64,000 nucleotides of DNA from Cyanophora paradoxa CCMP329 (GCA_004431415.1 QPMI01000040.1:310001-374000), one strand, 5' to 3'. Shown: positions 11,010-22,576, counted from the first letter of the stretch. The notes: a model not told the origin generated them from the sequence alone. Numbers and translations: made by a program.

Positions 11010-13594
11010 CTGCGACGACGTCAATCCCAGTTGCACTTTCCATTTGAATTCAATCAGCGAATTCGAAGCGGAGCAAAGGCACCGGAGGTAGGAGGGAGGC
11101 GGAGGGGCGACCCGAGGCCCGGGGGTGGTCCGACGCCGCCACGAGGCGTTCGATGAAAGCGTCGAGCCGGCGCTTCGGCTCCCCTCTCAAGAGCTGCGAC
11201 CATTGAATGTGAGCGAGCATCTTCACCGGAACTGCTTTTCCTGGATCTACCAGACCTGCTTTTCGACGGTGCGGCAGAGGTTCTCCAGATGCTTGGGGCT
11301 CGCATCGATCATGCTGGGGAGGGGCGGCAGACGAGTTAGCTACAGGGCGCCAGGCGTCGCAAAGCGGAAATGTAAATGTCGCGAATGGCAGGGCACTTGT
11401 CTAGTCCGGGTGGGAGACGGGGCGACAGGCGAATAAAGTCTTCCCCCCACAGGTTCTCGGCCTGCGCATTCGAATTCGAATTCATGAGGTTACGTCGCGT
11501 GGACTCAGAGCAAGAGCCAGTCGACATGTGTACCACGTCCGTTGAGCAGTCTCCGTTGCCTGCGCCGCTGACATCGATACCGATATGAACCGGTCCAGTC
11601 TAGACCAGTCTACGGCCAGTCTAGATCTAGTGTTGACAAGTCCGGCGATGCGCACCGTCAAGAAAGCAAATTATAGCAGGGACGAGCCACCTGCGCGGAC
11701 GTTTTCAGCTCCAGATTCCACCTGCAGAGCGCACAGATATCGATGCAAGCTTGCTGTACGACACGCACTCCAGAGCGTTCCACTTGCTCGCTGCAGAATA
11801 GCTGCAATTGCACGAACGTCGCGTATTAATGTTATTACGTTGCATTTTATTGTGTATGGAGCTGAGCACCTCATCGGCACGTCGGACGAGCCAGTTCCCA
11901 GTGAAACCATGAGAATCTTTCGCCCTGCAATTGCAAGCAAGGCCCCGATAAATCAGCATGCAAAATGCAGTACCCCGGATGAAGAGCGCTCGCAGTCGGG
12001 GGTACCAGGGAACAGGCGCGCGGCTTCCGCGTGGGCGATAAGCGCCGGATTGTTTGAAGCGAAACTGAAGGGGGCGTTAGTTGGTAAAGATAGCCTCGGT
12101 CTTCGTACTGCGCACCAGCCGTCGGCAAACGTACTGTAGTCCTTGTGCACGTAGATTCCAGGGCAGTGCAAGCGAACCGGAGCCAGCATACCGGGAGCCG
12201 CGACCGCCGCCTGCGCATGCGCGAACCGTTCAACGGTTGAACAGAACTGAACGCCTCGCAAATGTCCAGGCGCGTGGAAGGGTGAAGCATGCACGTGAAG
12301 AACGTCGTGGAGCAGCAAGTTGTGGGCGTCGGGGTCGGCGAGCGCCTGGGACTGGAAGACGACACGGCGAGGGCACGCGGCTTGTGATTCAGGATTACGA
12401 ATTTAAGTAAGATACTGCTCACCGTGGAAAAGTAGACCGGGCATCTCTCCTCGAGATCGTATGTCGGGATCTGCGGAACAGCAGGGACGCATGCCGATTT
12501 AGAGAGCGAAAACGAGAATAGGTCGAGGAATAGGCACGACAAGGAAGGCGCTGGTGTCAGAGAATCGGCAGTCTCCGTAGAATTCCTTGAAGACCCCATG
12601 GACCTTGTTCTGGGGAATTAGAATAAGCACTTATAGTTAGACACGAAATTTGAATGTCAGAGTGGTGCACGTGATCAAACATCGGGCCGCGGAGGGCGCG
12701 AGCGATGGCGACTGGGGGAGAGTAGCTTGGAAAGACATCGATCCAGCGCTTCGTCAATGTAGCGACCTGCAGGTCGCTACGATTAATATTGGCGCGCACG
12801 ATTGGCTAAAAGGTGGGAGAGGAACTTTACAGGGCCGACTTCAAATAAAACAGACTAGAGTCAAAGACGTCGCTGACCAGATTCTCTGCGGGGACGATGG
12901 GCTTCCCGTCGCGAACCCCAAAGCACGACATGGCACACAGCGCTCCGGCGCTCGTCCCTGCGGATCTTACTATCAGCTGCAGCTGCAGCGAACATTCTTC
13001 GGATCTTGAATATCTTGAATTCGAATCCGTGTTATCAGCGGCGGATGTTATGAGATCGGCGCACCGGCGACAACATCGAATAGTTCATGGATTGGCTGCA
13101 TCGATCGCGATTGCCGCGGGTCCGGATTAGCGAGCGCTCGCGCCCCGGCGGCACGTGTGCACTGTGCGCACCCTTCCCGCTCTCGCCGAGATGTACCTGC
13201 GTTATTGCGTGGGCGATTGCGTATACAAAGCAAACGCGCGCGCGCGCGCGCGCGCACTCGATAAGCTTCGCCGGAATGATGCCATGGGCTGCGCAAAGGG
13301 CTCGCCGCGTAAGCGAGAGCGAATTCGAAGGGCCGGGCTCGAGCTCGGGCGAGAGTTTAGATGAGTGGAGTTCACCTCCTCCGCCATCTGGGGCAGGGGC
13401 GACATTGATCAAACTTGAAAATACGCAAGACACGCATGCTCGAAATTAAACGGACCAATGGAGAGAACGCGAACGGGAGGTAACTCCGACGTATCGGCGC
13501 CAGCGGCCACATGCGCGGATCCGGAGTCATATCTCTCCGCATCAGTCCGGAGTCCGGGTCGCAGCCTCAGAAGCGGCACGCTCTCATCTCCCAT
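3456..13594 (-). CDS. Multi-exon patatin-like phospholipase + full-size ABCG (PDR-type) transporter, predicted as one fused ORF
   Basis: ATG at 13594; TGA at 3456-3458 after QWANLGILAAYWVAFEAGKALALHRITHLRR. A canonical 73-nt GT-AG intron (11082-11010) joins the last patatin exon (...SASLLPP) in phase 0 to NFVVVPKQPSVGSQPAQ|ILSDIETYGTCHLTF|ENVSFSVK, which is the ABCG N-terminal motif. Confidence 0.7.
11083..13594 (-). CDS. Patatin-like phospholipase (PNPLA) domain exons
   Basis: Spliced motifs: VRVLSI-DGGG-AHGIIPAKLIE (oxyanion loop), PIHELFDVVA-GTSAG (GxSxG nucleophile), FADGCFASNNPALIAHAEA (catalytic Asp), KILMVSLGTG, LDNMIDASPKHLENL. Confidence 0.93.
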
Positions 13595-13699
13595 GATCGC
13601 GCGCGGCCTCCAAAACACTTTGCGCCCAGCGCGGGGTCCGGGGATAGTTATCGATCCGGTCGGCTGTAGCGGAACAGTCGTAGGCAGGCTCATGCAGCG

Positions 13700-14270
13700 G
13701 CTAGCCTATACTATGATAGCTAGTAGTGCACGTGCGCCAGCGGCCACGCCGGCCAGCTGCAGCCTGCAGCCTGCAGCCTGCAGCCTGGCAGGGCCCACCG
13801 GTACCCCGGGCCACCGTGGCACCCGGCCCAGCGCTGCCCGGCGGCAGGCCGTGGCCATGGCAGGCCCTGCAGCTGACTCAGTGAGTCCCCGGGCCCCTGA
13901 CTCTGCAGGCTGCAGTCTGCAGTGCTCTGCACTGCCAGGCTGACTCAGTGACTCTGCAGCTGCAGCGGCAGTGCAGCCTGCTGCGGCAGTGCTGCAGCTG
14001 CCTGCAGGCTGCAGCCTGCAGGCTGCAGGCTGCAGCTGCAGGCCTAGGCTGCCGGAGCTGCCGCGCGCGGCACTGCCGCAGTGCCGCACTGCGGCACTGG
14101 CCGCCGGGTGCCGCAGTGCAGTGCCGCGCGCACTGCGCGCGACAGTGCGGCGGCACTGAGCCGGTGCCGCAGTACTAGTCTGCGCGCCATGACTCCGCGG
14201 GACTCGGGAGTCGGGACTCGGGAGTCGGGAGTCGGGACTCGGGACCCGGGGAGTCGCGCGCGTGACCCGC
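13700..14270. repeat. Low-complexity tract of CTGCAG/GCAGTGC and GAGTCGGGACTC units
   Basis: Dense reiterated ctgcag, cactgc/gcagtg and gagtcggga motifs; no credible ORF. Confidence 0.8.
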
Positions 14271-14342
14271 AAATTAATATACTAGAGTCGCAATGGCCAT
14301 GATGACGTCGACGCCGTGACGACGCGCCGCGTCACGCGCGAC

Positions 14343-14726
14343 TAGGGTTGCCGTGTCAATTGACATGTCAGTCTACCCTGTGGACATTGACATCGGACAT
14401 TTGACATGTCAACCGACATGTCAACTGACATTGATTATTATATTATATTATATTATATTATATTCCAAAAGTGAGGCGGCGGGGCAGCTTGGGCGAGGTC
14501 CTCAGCGCCTCCCTGCTGCCCTCTGCCTCCTTCCTAACATCAGAAACGTGCTGCTAACGCTTGCAGAGTGCTGCTTACATGTTTTAATCATGATTTGCAG
14601 GCGTTTTAGCTTGTTTGGAGGGGTATCCCCCCCAATGTCAATGGACATGTCAACCCGGACCCGTGGACATTGACATGACTGACATTGACATGTCAATGTC
14701 AATTGACATCGGACACGGCAACCCTA
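14343..14726. mobile_element. Non-autonomous hAT-type MITE (384 bp)
   Basis: TIRs TAGGGTTGCCGTGTC...GACACGGCAACCCTA; 8-bp TSD CGCGCGAC at 14335-14342 and 14727-14734; subterminal TGACATGTCA repeats. Confidence 0.9.
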
Positions 14727-15230
14727 CGCGCGACGGCCACGCCGCCCTTGAACTTGGCAACTTGCGTGCTGGCAATTGACATCGGACACGGCAAGTAACG
14801 GACCTATAGTAGCTACGGCACGCGTGAGCTGGCACTGCCTGGCAGCGCTGCGGTGCCCGGCGGCCGCATGCGCACGTGCACTGCGGCGTCTGCGGCGCAC
14901 TGCGCTGCCGCGCCTGCGCACTGCGCATGCGCACTCATGCCATGACTCAGTGTGATGATCAGCAGCACAGTGCCAGCACTGCGGCACTGCGGGCCGTCTG
15001 CGGCGCCGGCAGTGCCGCAGTGCGCAATGCATGGCATGCGCACATGTACATGCACTGCGGCGCCGGCACGACGCCTACGGGGCCGGATCCGGATCCGGAT
15101 CCGGACCCGGGACGGCCCCGCCGGGGCCGAATCCCCCGATTCGCGATCGCGATCATATGAACGATCTAGCTATGCCTAGTATAGACGTCGACGACGCGGC
15201 CGCGGTGTCTCGACTCCGTACTCTCGACTA

Positions 15231-15471
15231 CTGTAAAACGAGAAATGTCCGGCGTCACTTTATTTCGGCAAAACCTGAAAAATGCGCCGAAACTGTGGTT
15301 CATCGGCATCATATTTTCGGCAACACAGCCAGTCCGCCTAGGCGGCGGGTACATCGATCCTGCTTTCGCCATACATTTGCACAATTCTGGCATTTTCAAA
15401 TATTCGGCACCGCGAGGCTATGCCGAAAAGCGCCGAATATTAAGTGCTGCCGGACATTTCTCGTTTTACAG
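15231..15471. mobile_element. MITE with CTGTA termini (Tc1/mariner-pogo-like if the TSD is TA)
   Basis: TIR CTGTAAAACGAGAAATGTCCGGC...GCCGGACATTTCTCGTTTTACAG flanked by TA; a 9-bp direct repeat TACTCTCGA also lies at 15219-15227 and 15475-15483. Confidence 0.85.
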
Positions 15472-15559
15472 TAGTACTCTCGACGCGCCGGCGCCCGGCG
15501 GCCGATCCGCCGGGCCGATGATCGCGAGTCGACGGACGATGACGTCGACGTCGACGTAC

Positions 15560-15690
15560 TAGTATTTTGTGCCGAATATTTAATGCCGCCGGACGTCGAC
15601 ACAAAATGCCGATGTCGACGCCAAATTCGGCACAAAATTCGGGATTTGCCGAAATAAAGTCACGCCCGACATTTCTCGTTTTACATGTAC
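15560..15690. mobile_element. Partial second copy (one end) of the 15231-15471 MITE family
   Basis: TTTGCCGAAATAAAGTCACGCCCGACATTTCTCGTTTTACA is a near reverse complement of the left end of the 15231 element. Confidence 0.7.
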
Positions 15691-15713
15691 AGTACTAGTA
15701 CGTATACTTTGCC

Positions 15714-16013
15714 TGTCGCGTGCGGGATTAGTGGGGAAGCACGCGGGGAGGCTCCCGGTCGAGCGTGGCTCGACGGGGCTCAGTGGATCACGAGGGATCG
15801 CTGTCGCTTCTGTAGTATTGCAAGTAACACTGTATCCCTAATGAATGATGTGTACCCGGACAGGCCCGGCGTACCCGTATTAGCTATAATAAGAGGCGGC
15901 CGAGGCGTACTGACGCCGACGTCGGCCCTAGCAGCACGTAGGCTGCACTAGCCACTAGCAGCACGAAGGCTGCACTATCTAGCTCCGCATGCACGATAAT
16001 CATGCATGCGACA
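15714..16013 (-). repeat. 3' LTR (300 bp)
   Basis: Direct repeat of 20817-21116 with TG...CA termini. Confidence 0.95.
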
Positions 16014-16030
16014 ACTCCTCCACTCGGAAG
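16014..16030 (-). promoter_or_regulatory. Polypurine tract adjacent to the 3' LTR
   Basis: Minus strand reads CTTCCGAGTGGAGGAGT immediately before the 3' LTR TG. Confidence 0.75.
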
Positions 16031-18775
16031 GCCACGTCCTCGTGGGCTAAGTACCACGGAAATCACTACAAGCAAGCATATTTACAAGATTTCGCGGCAG
16101 GACACTGCCGGGAATAAAAGACTGGAAGCCGTATTTACAGATCCGCGAATTTCGCGCACGCCGGCGGCTCGACTGCCGGGAATAGAAAATAGACAAATGG
16201 CCGGCTACTGCCGGGAATTGAAGAAGACCGCTGGCCGTTAGCTATGAGGGCTATTCACATCGCTAAATCATCGAATCTCTAAATCAAAGCCAAGATCTGA
16301 TTATATAAATCATTTACCAAATTCTAAATGTAGAACTGAGTCAAGGGGGCGGCAATGGGCCGCAAATAATCGTCCGTCTCCGGCCCAGGGGGCCAAGGTC
16401 AAGCTTCGAGCCGGCGGCTCAGGGAGATGAGGAATTGGTTTGTACATTGGATGTCTTTCCACAGCGGGCTTTCGCCCAGATGCCATGCAAGCCCCGCGAG
16501 AGCACGCCGCAGATGCGAACGCGAAAGAGCAGCGCGAGGCGACGTGGCGCGCAGGCAGCGCACGGCCCCCTCCGGTGTACCCCCCAACCGCGACGCGGTC
16601 GAGTGACCCAAGTGCGAGCTGCGCTGAGCTCCACCCAGGCGAGCACCCCTTAGGCTCTCGCAGTGGTGAAGTACAGGCGATCGGATCGGCGGGGATTCAA
16701 CCGTGCCGACGAGGGTAGAGCCGGCTTTGGGACCGGGTACCGCTCACAAGAGTGCATTCCGGTTCTGCCGCACGCGGCGCCGAGCACCCCTGCCCGACCC
16801 CCGTGACTTCGTTCGATACCAAGGGAGAAGAGCCAGCGTCAGGCGTCCCCGACGTGGATTCTCATGCATGAGAGTCATTGAGCTCTCGTCATCGCGCACG
16901 GACCTTGAGCCGGCCGACCGCCCATTCACTGGGACTTCGATTCAGGATAGGGCCCAGGGGTCGTCTAGCCCCGTCGCGCCGTTCTCGTCAGGAACGCGCC
17001 GAGATCGGGGTCGTCGAGCCCCGTCGCTCACTATGGGCGGAGGGCAAGTCTGCCCGTCGCGTCGCTCGACGCCGAGTCGAAGCGCGCCGCCTGGATGCCA
17101 ACTGAACGGGCGTCCCCAGGACTTCATTCGCTCACGATGGGCGGGGCGATAACGCCCGTCACACGCTCGGCTCAGAGCCGCAGCGCGCCGCCTGGATGCC
17201 AACTCGGCGGGCGTTACCAGGACTTGAATTCAATTGCAATGAATTCATAATTGCCAGGCTCGCAATAGAGCCATCGCCGAGCCAGGCTTGGAGCCAGTGC
17301 TCGCGGCCTGACCGTCTCGCGGAGCGCGCCGCGAGCCAGGACCTTGCTTCAGGCTCGAGCTTTCGAGGGCGCCATGGCCTCAGGCTCGCCCTTCCGTGGA
17401 GCTCGGAGGCTCACGAATTTTGCAGGGGCTCGAGAGGCCGCCTGTCAAGCTCACGACGCGTGGCCAAGCGCTGGGCCAGGCGTCTCGCGATCGCCTCGGG
17501 CGTCGAGCTTTCTTTGAGAGTGCATTCCGAGCTCGGGGCCCGCGGATCACATCTCGTATCGCGAGGGCATCGGGGCCGCTCGCCTGGAGCGCTTCAGCTC
17601 CAGCGCGCGATGGGGCCAAGGGCCGCATCTTTCAGCGCGCTCGTCGTCATGATCAGCTCCCTAGCGCAGGCTGAGAGACTCGCTGGGGCTCGACGGAGCA
17701 GCGTGCAGCGGGCACGGGTCTTGGGCCGCGGCCCTTTGCTTTCAGCACGTGCAAAGGCAGCTTCCCGCCGCAGACTCTCGGGCCTTGCGGAATCCGGAGC
17801 TCCTTACAATTTCAATTGCATGAGACGGGGCCATGAGGCTCCTCGCCCATCTTCAGCTCTCTTGGGCGGGCCGCGAGTCCGCGACTTGCGGGCCTCGCTG
17901 GAGCTTTTATTGCAGCGTGAGGCGGGCTGCAGGACAAGCCCCCTCAGCTCACGTTTGAGCTCGGCAGCTCAGCTCGCCGAAGCTCGCAATCGGCAGCGCT
18001 AGCCTGGCATGGGGGCCGTCGGCCTCGCATTCACGCTTGGCTGCCGCTCGCCCGACTGGGTGTGCAAGAACGCATGCCCGCTGCGGCTCGGAGGCCGGTC
18101 ATGGCGGTCATCAGGGGGTCCGCTAGAGGGACTCCTCCTCTCGGAAGACTGACCCCCGCGGCAGCAACCGGGCTGCATGTTGGGGTGTGCACGTGCACAG
18201 GCGCGCCTCAGGGCGGCGGGCCACCTTCCCAGCGAGCTCCAGGGCTCGCTTCGCGAGAGAGGGTGGACTCCTCCTCTCGGAAGACTTGTACCCTCCCGGA
18301 GGGGTACGCGACGCTCGGTTTCGCGCAGAGGGCGAACCGGATGCCAATATTTGCAAATATTTACAAATTTACAAGGGGCTCATCACGTGCTCACGCACAG
18401 CCGGCTGCGCGAGATGCGCACCGGGGCCCACTCACAGTCCTAATCGCGAGAGGGAGGAGGGACTCCTCCTCTCGGAAAGCGCTGTACCCGTTGCTAGGGT
18501 ACGGCCGGCCCAGGTCAGGCCTCGGGAGGCGCGAGCTCACGGCTCGTCAGCTCACTCCTCTTCTCGGAAAACGTCGTCCCCGACGTCAAGAGTTTATGTG
18601 CAAATGTACAAATGTACAGCCCGCTCGTGGCAGGTATACTGGCCGCTATACTACAGCGACACGCCGGCACTTTCGCAGAAGGCCGGGGGCTTGGCGAAAA
18701 ATTTTGCGGTGCTTCGCAAAATTTTCAGGGCCTTGCTCTGGCGGCTGCCCAAGCCGGCCAGGCCCAGAGAGAGTT

Positions 18776-20336
18776 TTACTCGTCCTCGGGGGCAGGCGCC
18801 GGCAGGGCCAGAGGGGCCTTGCCCTTGGCACGAGTCGGCGGGTCGGGGCAGGCACTGTGGTGGTGCCCGGCTTCGCCGCAGCGACCGCAGACCTCGTTTG
18901 CCGCGTCATCCTCATACTCATTGTCGTATGAGTCGTCGTACGATTCATCGTACGCTGGAGCTGAGGAATCCGCCCGGTCATTCCGCACCCAAGGGTGGTG
19001 GGGGGCGTGCGGGGGGCGCTTCGGGCAAAGGAAAGCCCAATGAAGGCGCTTCGAGGCTGGGACACAGGGGTCGCCAGCACAGTTCCAGCACTCAGCCGGA
19101 GGGTACTGAGGGTACCCTAGCTCAGCCATGCGCTGCATCACAGCAGCAAGGGCGTCTGGCGAGCTAGACTGCACGGCCCAAGAGGACCCATGTGCAGAAA
19201 CGAGGGACCGGGCCTCGCGATCAGCTGCAGGAGGGGGGTCACGCCCAGCCTCAGCAGGAGCTGCTGCTGCAGCTGCAGGCTTCACAGCCTTAATGGGCGT
19301 GGCATCCACGTCGCCGGCATACGGCGGAGCCTTGAAGCCGGCCGGCCCCTTGGAGCGCTTTGCCGAGGGCTCAGTCTCCTAGGCCTGGGACGGCTCCTGC
19401 AGCAGGCACACGGTCCGGCGACCGTGGCGGTCGCACTGCTCCTCGAAAATCTTCTCGACGCGCAGGACAGTGAGCGTGGCCCCATAACGCGCGTGCTCCT
19501 CGCGGAGAGCCCGCAGAATGTACGTCATGGTGGTTTCGTTCTGGCGCGCGCAGAGCGCCGCGCGAACGTTGTAATTATCATACTGCGGGTCAAGCCCGGT
19601 CTGGCGGCGCGAGAGCGCATTCCCAATCACGGTGATCAGGTGCTCCGAATAGGATTTCCCCAACGGGCACGTGTGGCGCACATGCGGGGCGATCCAGTTC
19701 ACCCACGTCAGCGGGTCCTCGCCGGTATAGGCGGAATTGATCGCGGCCTCGGCGACGTGGGGCAGGCCCTTTGTCACGCGCGAAATGATATACTTCTCAA
19801 CGCCGGGAGCGCGCTGGAAGGTATCGCGGCCCTCAGCGATCTCAGCCTCGAGGCGTGCGATCGTGGCCTCGAGCTGGAGGATTTCCATCTCAGTTTCGGG
19901 GAGCCGGGCCTCAGCGGGCAGTGCGTCCAGCACAGCGAGACGCGCGCGCTGGGCGGCGAGGGAAGCCTTGGTGTCATTCAGCTGGTCGCGCATGCGCTGC
20001 AGCTGAGAGCGCAGCGAGCCCTTGCAGAGCTGCGAGACCATGAATTTCGAAGCCGCCAAGCGCTTCAACTTTGGTCCAGCTGTCACCCTCAGGCTCGTAC
20101 GCATACTTATGCGCCTGAGTGGAGACGAAAGTGCTGATCTGCTGGCGCCACTCATCGACTTCTTCGATGGTAGGGTTCGCAGACAGCGGAGTGATGGAGG
20201 GCAAGCCCTTCGCATCGACTGCGGGCGCCGCAGCAGTCATCTGCTGAACGGACACGCCACTCACAGGCGCGGTCGAGTTGAGTGCGATCATGCGATCGCG
20301 CTCACTCGCCGGCAGCTCGACTGGAAGCCGCGACAT
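18776..20336 (-). pseudogene. gag: Gag-like ORF disrupted by one frameshift (near 20030-20060) and an in-frame TAG (19379-19381)
   Basis: ORFs 19974-20336, 19379-20215 and 18776-19309, the last two in the same frame; coiled-coil segment; CGRCGEAGHHHSAC (CX2CX4HX4C) plus a variant knuckle CWNC...H...C. Confidence 0.75.
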
Positions 20337-20799
20337 GGCAGGCTCTCACAGCGGCAAGTACAAGGCAGATCAAATTTGAGCTCGAAGCTCTTTGAGGCCG
20401 AGTCGCCGCGTAAAACGCGGGATTTCGACGGCACAGGCGACGATATGCTGCTTACGCAACACACCGGAGCTCGATCCAGGCTCGCAGGCCAGGGATCGGC
20501 GATGGCTCAAAGTTGCCCTCTAGGGGAACTTCGGCGGCTCGACGCGCACGAGGGCGGTCGGCTCTAGCGCGGCGCGCGGCCGGCTCTTCAGCACGCAGGG
20601 CAAGAGTTCCGGTAAAGAACTCAAGCCAGCCAGTCTCCGGGGTCACCGGAGCGCAGGCTCTCACTTTTCGGCACCCGGGGTAACCGGTTGCGTACTGTGA
20701 GCAGACGGCTGGGAATGTCACTACGATGCTACGGTGTGCGTGCGCGGCGCGCGCGAAGGCGGGATCGCGAGCGACCCGACCTGACCCTTAAAGATTCAG

Positions 20800-20816
20800 C
20801 TCCGAGCAGTGGCGCC
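20800..20816 (-). promoter_or_regulatory. Putative primer-binding site
   Basis: GGCGCCACTGCTCGGA directly after the 5' LTR on the minus strand; resembles the tRNA-Asp-type PBS TGGCGCCGTTGCCGGGGA. tRNA identity not verified. Confidence 0.55.
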
Positions 20817-21116
20817 TGTCGCGTGCGGGATTAGTGGGGAAGCACGCGGGGAGGCTCCCGGTCGAGCGTGGCTCGACGGGGCTCAGTGGATCACGAGGGA
20901 TCGCTGTCGCTTCTGTAGTATTGCAAGTAACACTGTATCCCTAATGAATGATGTGTACCCGGACAGGCCCGGCGTACCCGTATTAGCTATAATAAGAGGC
21001 GGCCGAGGCGTACTGACGCCGACGTCGGCCCTAGCAGCACGTAGGCTGCACTAGCCACTAGCAGCACGAAGGCTGCACTATCTAGCTCCGCATGCACGAT
21101 AATCATGCATGCGACA
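20817..21116 (-). repeat. 5' LTR (300 bp)
   Basis: Direct repeat of 15714-16013. Confidence 0.95.
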
Positions 21117-22240
21117 TTGCCTCAACTGCCAGTCACTGGGGGCCGGGCGCCGGGCGCGGCGCGCGCGAGGGGGTCAGGAGTCAGGACTCTCAGGACTCAG
21201 CCTGGCAGGAGTCAGGACTCAGAAGCAGTGCTACGCTTTTGCGCTCTCAATCGCGATCGAGCTCCGAGGCTCTTCGGCGGCCAAAGCCCCCTTTTTCTCA
21301 GAGTCTTCCCGTGGAAGGGGTACTTAAAAGAGGCAGATTTGATAGAGCTCGATGTAAAGCTCGAGTTGGCTGCCGGCGGCTTGCCAAGCGCTTGCAATTG
21401 CCCTGGCCAGCCGAAAATTTCGGGCGGCCAAGCCGCTAGCTAGGGCGAGCCCCGCCGGCCCCCGGTGCAAGGACTTGAGAGTTTGGGCCAGCCCCGGCCC
21501 GGTGCAAGCTCTGAGAACCGACGGCCAGTCCCCTATAGCTACTAGGCTAGCATGCACGGCGGCGGCGCAGCAGGACTAGTGCGCATGCAAAGTATGATAT
21601 GCGCATACTGGTATGCATTGCGCATTGCGCACTGGAATCGCAGCCGCATGCATATGATGCCATGATGGCCCGCATCCGCGGCCGCCGCCGCCGGGCCGGG
21701 CGGCGCGGCGGCGCCGGCCCGCCGGGCGGCTGACTGAGCCTGACTCCCGAGTCCCGACTCGGCCTTGCAATTGGCACTGCGGCAGTTGGCCGACTCGGCA
21801 ACGAGTAGCTAGTCGACACTGACTCGACAGCGAGCTCAATTGCAATTTGCAGGTCGACGCAACTTCAAACTTGAAATTCGAACTTCGAAGTTCGACGTCC
21901 AATCATGGATTGAAGAAGTCAACGTCGACGTCACGTGCACGTTCTTCTTCAAGGAATGTCGGTAAGGTTGCCAAAACCGTTGCATAACTTGCATTGCTTA
22001 TCCGTTATTCCGAGTTTCCGTCGTTTCAACTTTCCGATCGCGAGGGCCTTCCGAATCTTCCGATTAAGTTCCGAAATTGCTGGCCGATTGGATGACTGGA
22101 AGTTGCATGCAGTTATACTTAATTACTGCTGTATATCATAGTATATGAGTCTTTTTAATATGACGTCTAATAATAAAATAGATAATATTAAATATTGTCG
22201 AATTCATGCATTTGTCGATCGCGAATGTGTTTTAAAAGTA

Positions 22241-22443
22241 TTTTTTTTTTTTTTGGTGAATTACCGGCCACAGCCTCTAGTCTACTCCAGCACTGTGGGG
22301 GCGTGTACAGGCAAGGTGGGGCATGATCGATCGGAATTATGTGGAACGGGCGGGATTTGAAGGCGTGATTCTCATCGCAGGGCGATTCGAACACGGAAGG
22401 CATGCATCGGAAAGCGTGTATGATAACCACACCGCTATGAGCG
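22241..22443 (-). mobile_element. 5'-truncated non-LTR (LINE/SINE-type) retrocopy, copy 1
   Basis: poly(T) followed by GGTGAATTACCGGCCACAG; approximate TSD TTTTAAA(A)GTA. Confidence 0.7.
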
Positions 22444-22495
22444 TTTTAAAGTAACTTCATTAAGTAAAGTAATTGTCGAACGTGTACATGTTATG

Positions 22496-22527
22496 TTTTT
22501 TTTTGGTGAATTACCGGCCACAGTCTC
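22496..22527 (-). mobile_element. Extremely truncated retrocopy of the same family, copy 2
   Basis: poly(T)GGTGAATTACCGGCCACAGTCTC flanked by TGTTATG direct repeats. Confidence 0.75.
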
Positions 22528-22576
22528 TGTTATGTTACTTATGTAACTTATGTTACGTTACTTACGTATAAACGTA

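Larger units (their letters stand above)
15714..21116 (-). mobile_element. Non-autonomous LTR retrotransposon (5403 bp) with degenerate gag and no recognisable pol
   Basis: Two 300-bp LTRs identical by eye, with TGTCGC...GCGACA ends; 5-bp TSD TTGCC (15709-15713, 21117-21121); PBS-like sequence and PPT on the minus strand; Gag CCHC knuckle. Confidence 0.95.

Noticed and set aside
10660-11043. ATG at 11043 as an independent ABCG start
   Set aside because: Splicing at the evident donor puts it out of frame with the LTFENVSFSV exons (stop two to three codons into the next exon), and it lies 6 nt from the unspliced patatin stop.
13706-15635. Many short ORFs in the low-complexity tracts
   Set aside because: Translations of palindromic repeats and MITEs, not genes.
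15714-16013. Retrozyme (hammerhead-carrying LTR)
   Set aside because: No CUGANGA...GAAA core seen on either strand of the LTR.
18131-18570. CRISPR-like repeat-spacer array
   Set aside because: Repeats are only about 17 bp, irregularly spaced (92-195 bp), inside a eukaryotic LTR element, with no cas genes; they match the PPT instead.
17196-20137. Plus-strand ORFs of 268-326 aa inside the LTR element
   Set aside because: Arg/Ala/Gly-rich, no motifs, antisense to gag; expected by chance at this GC content.
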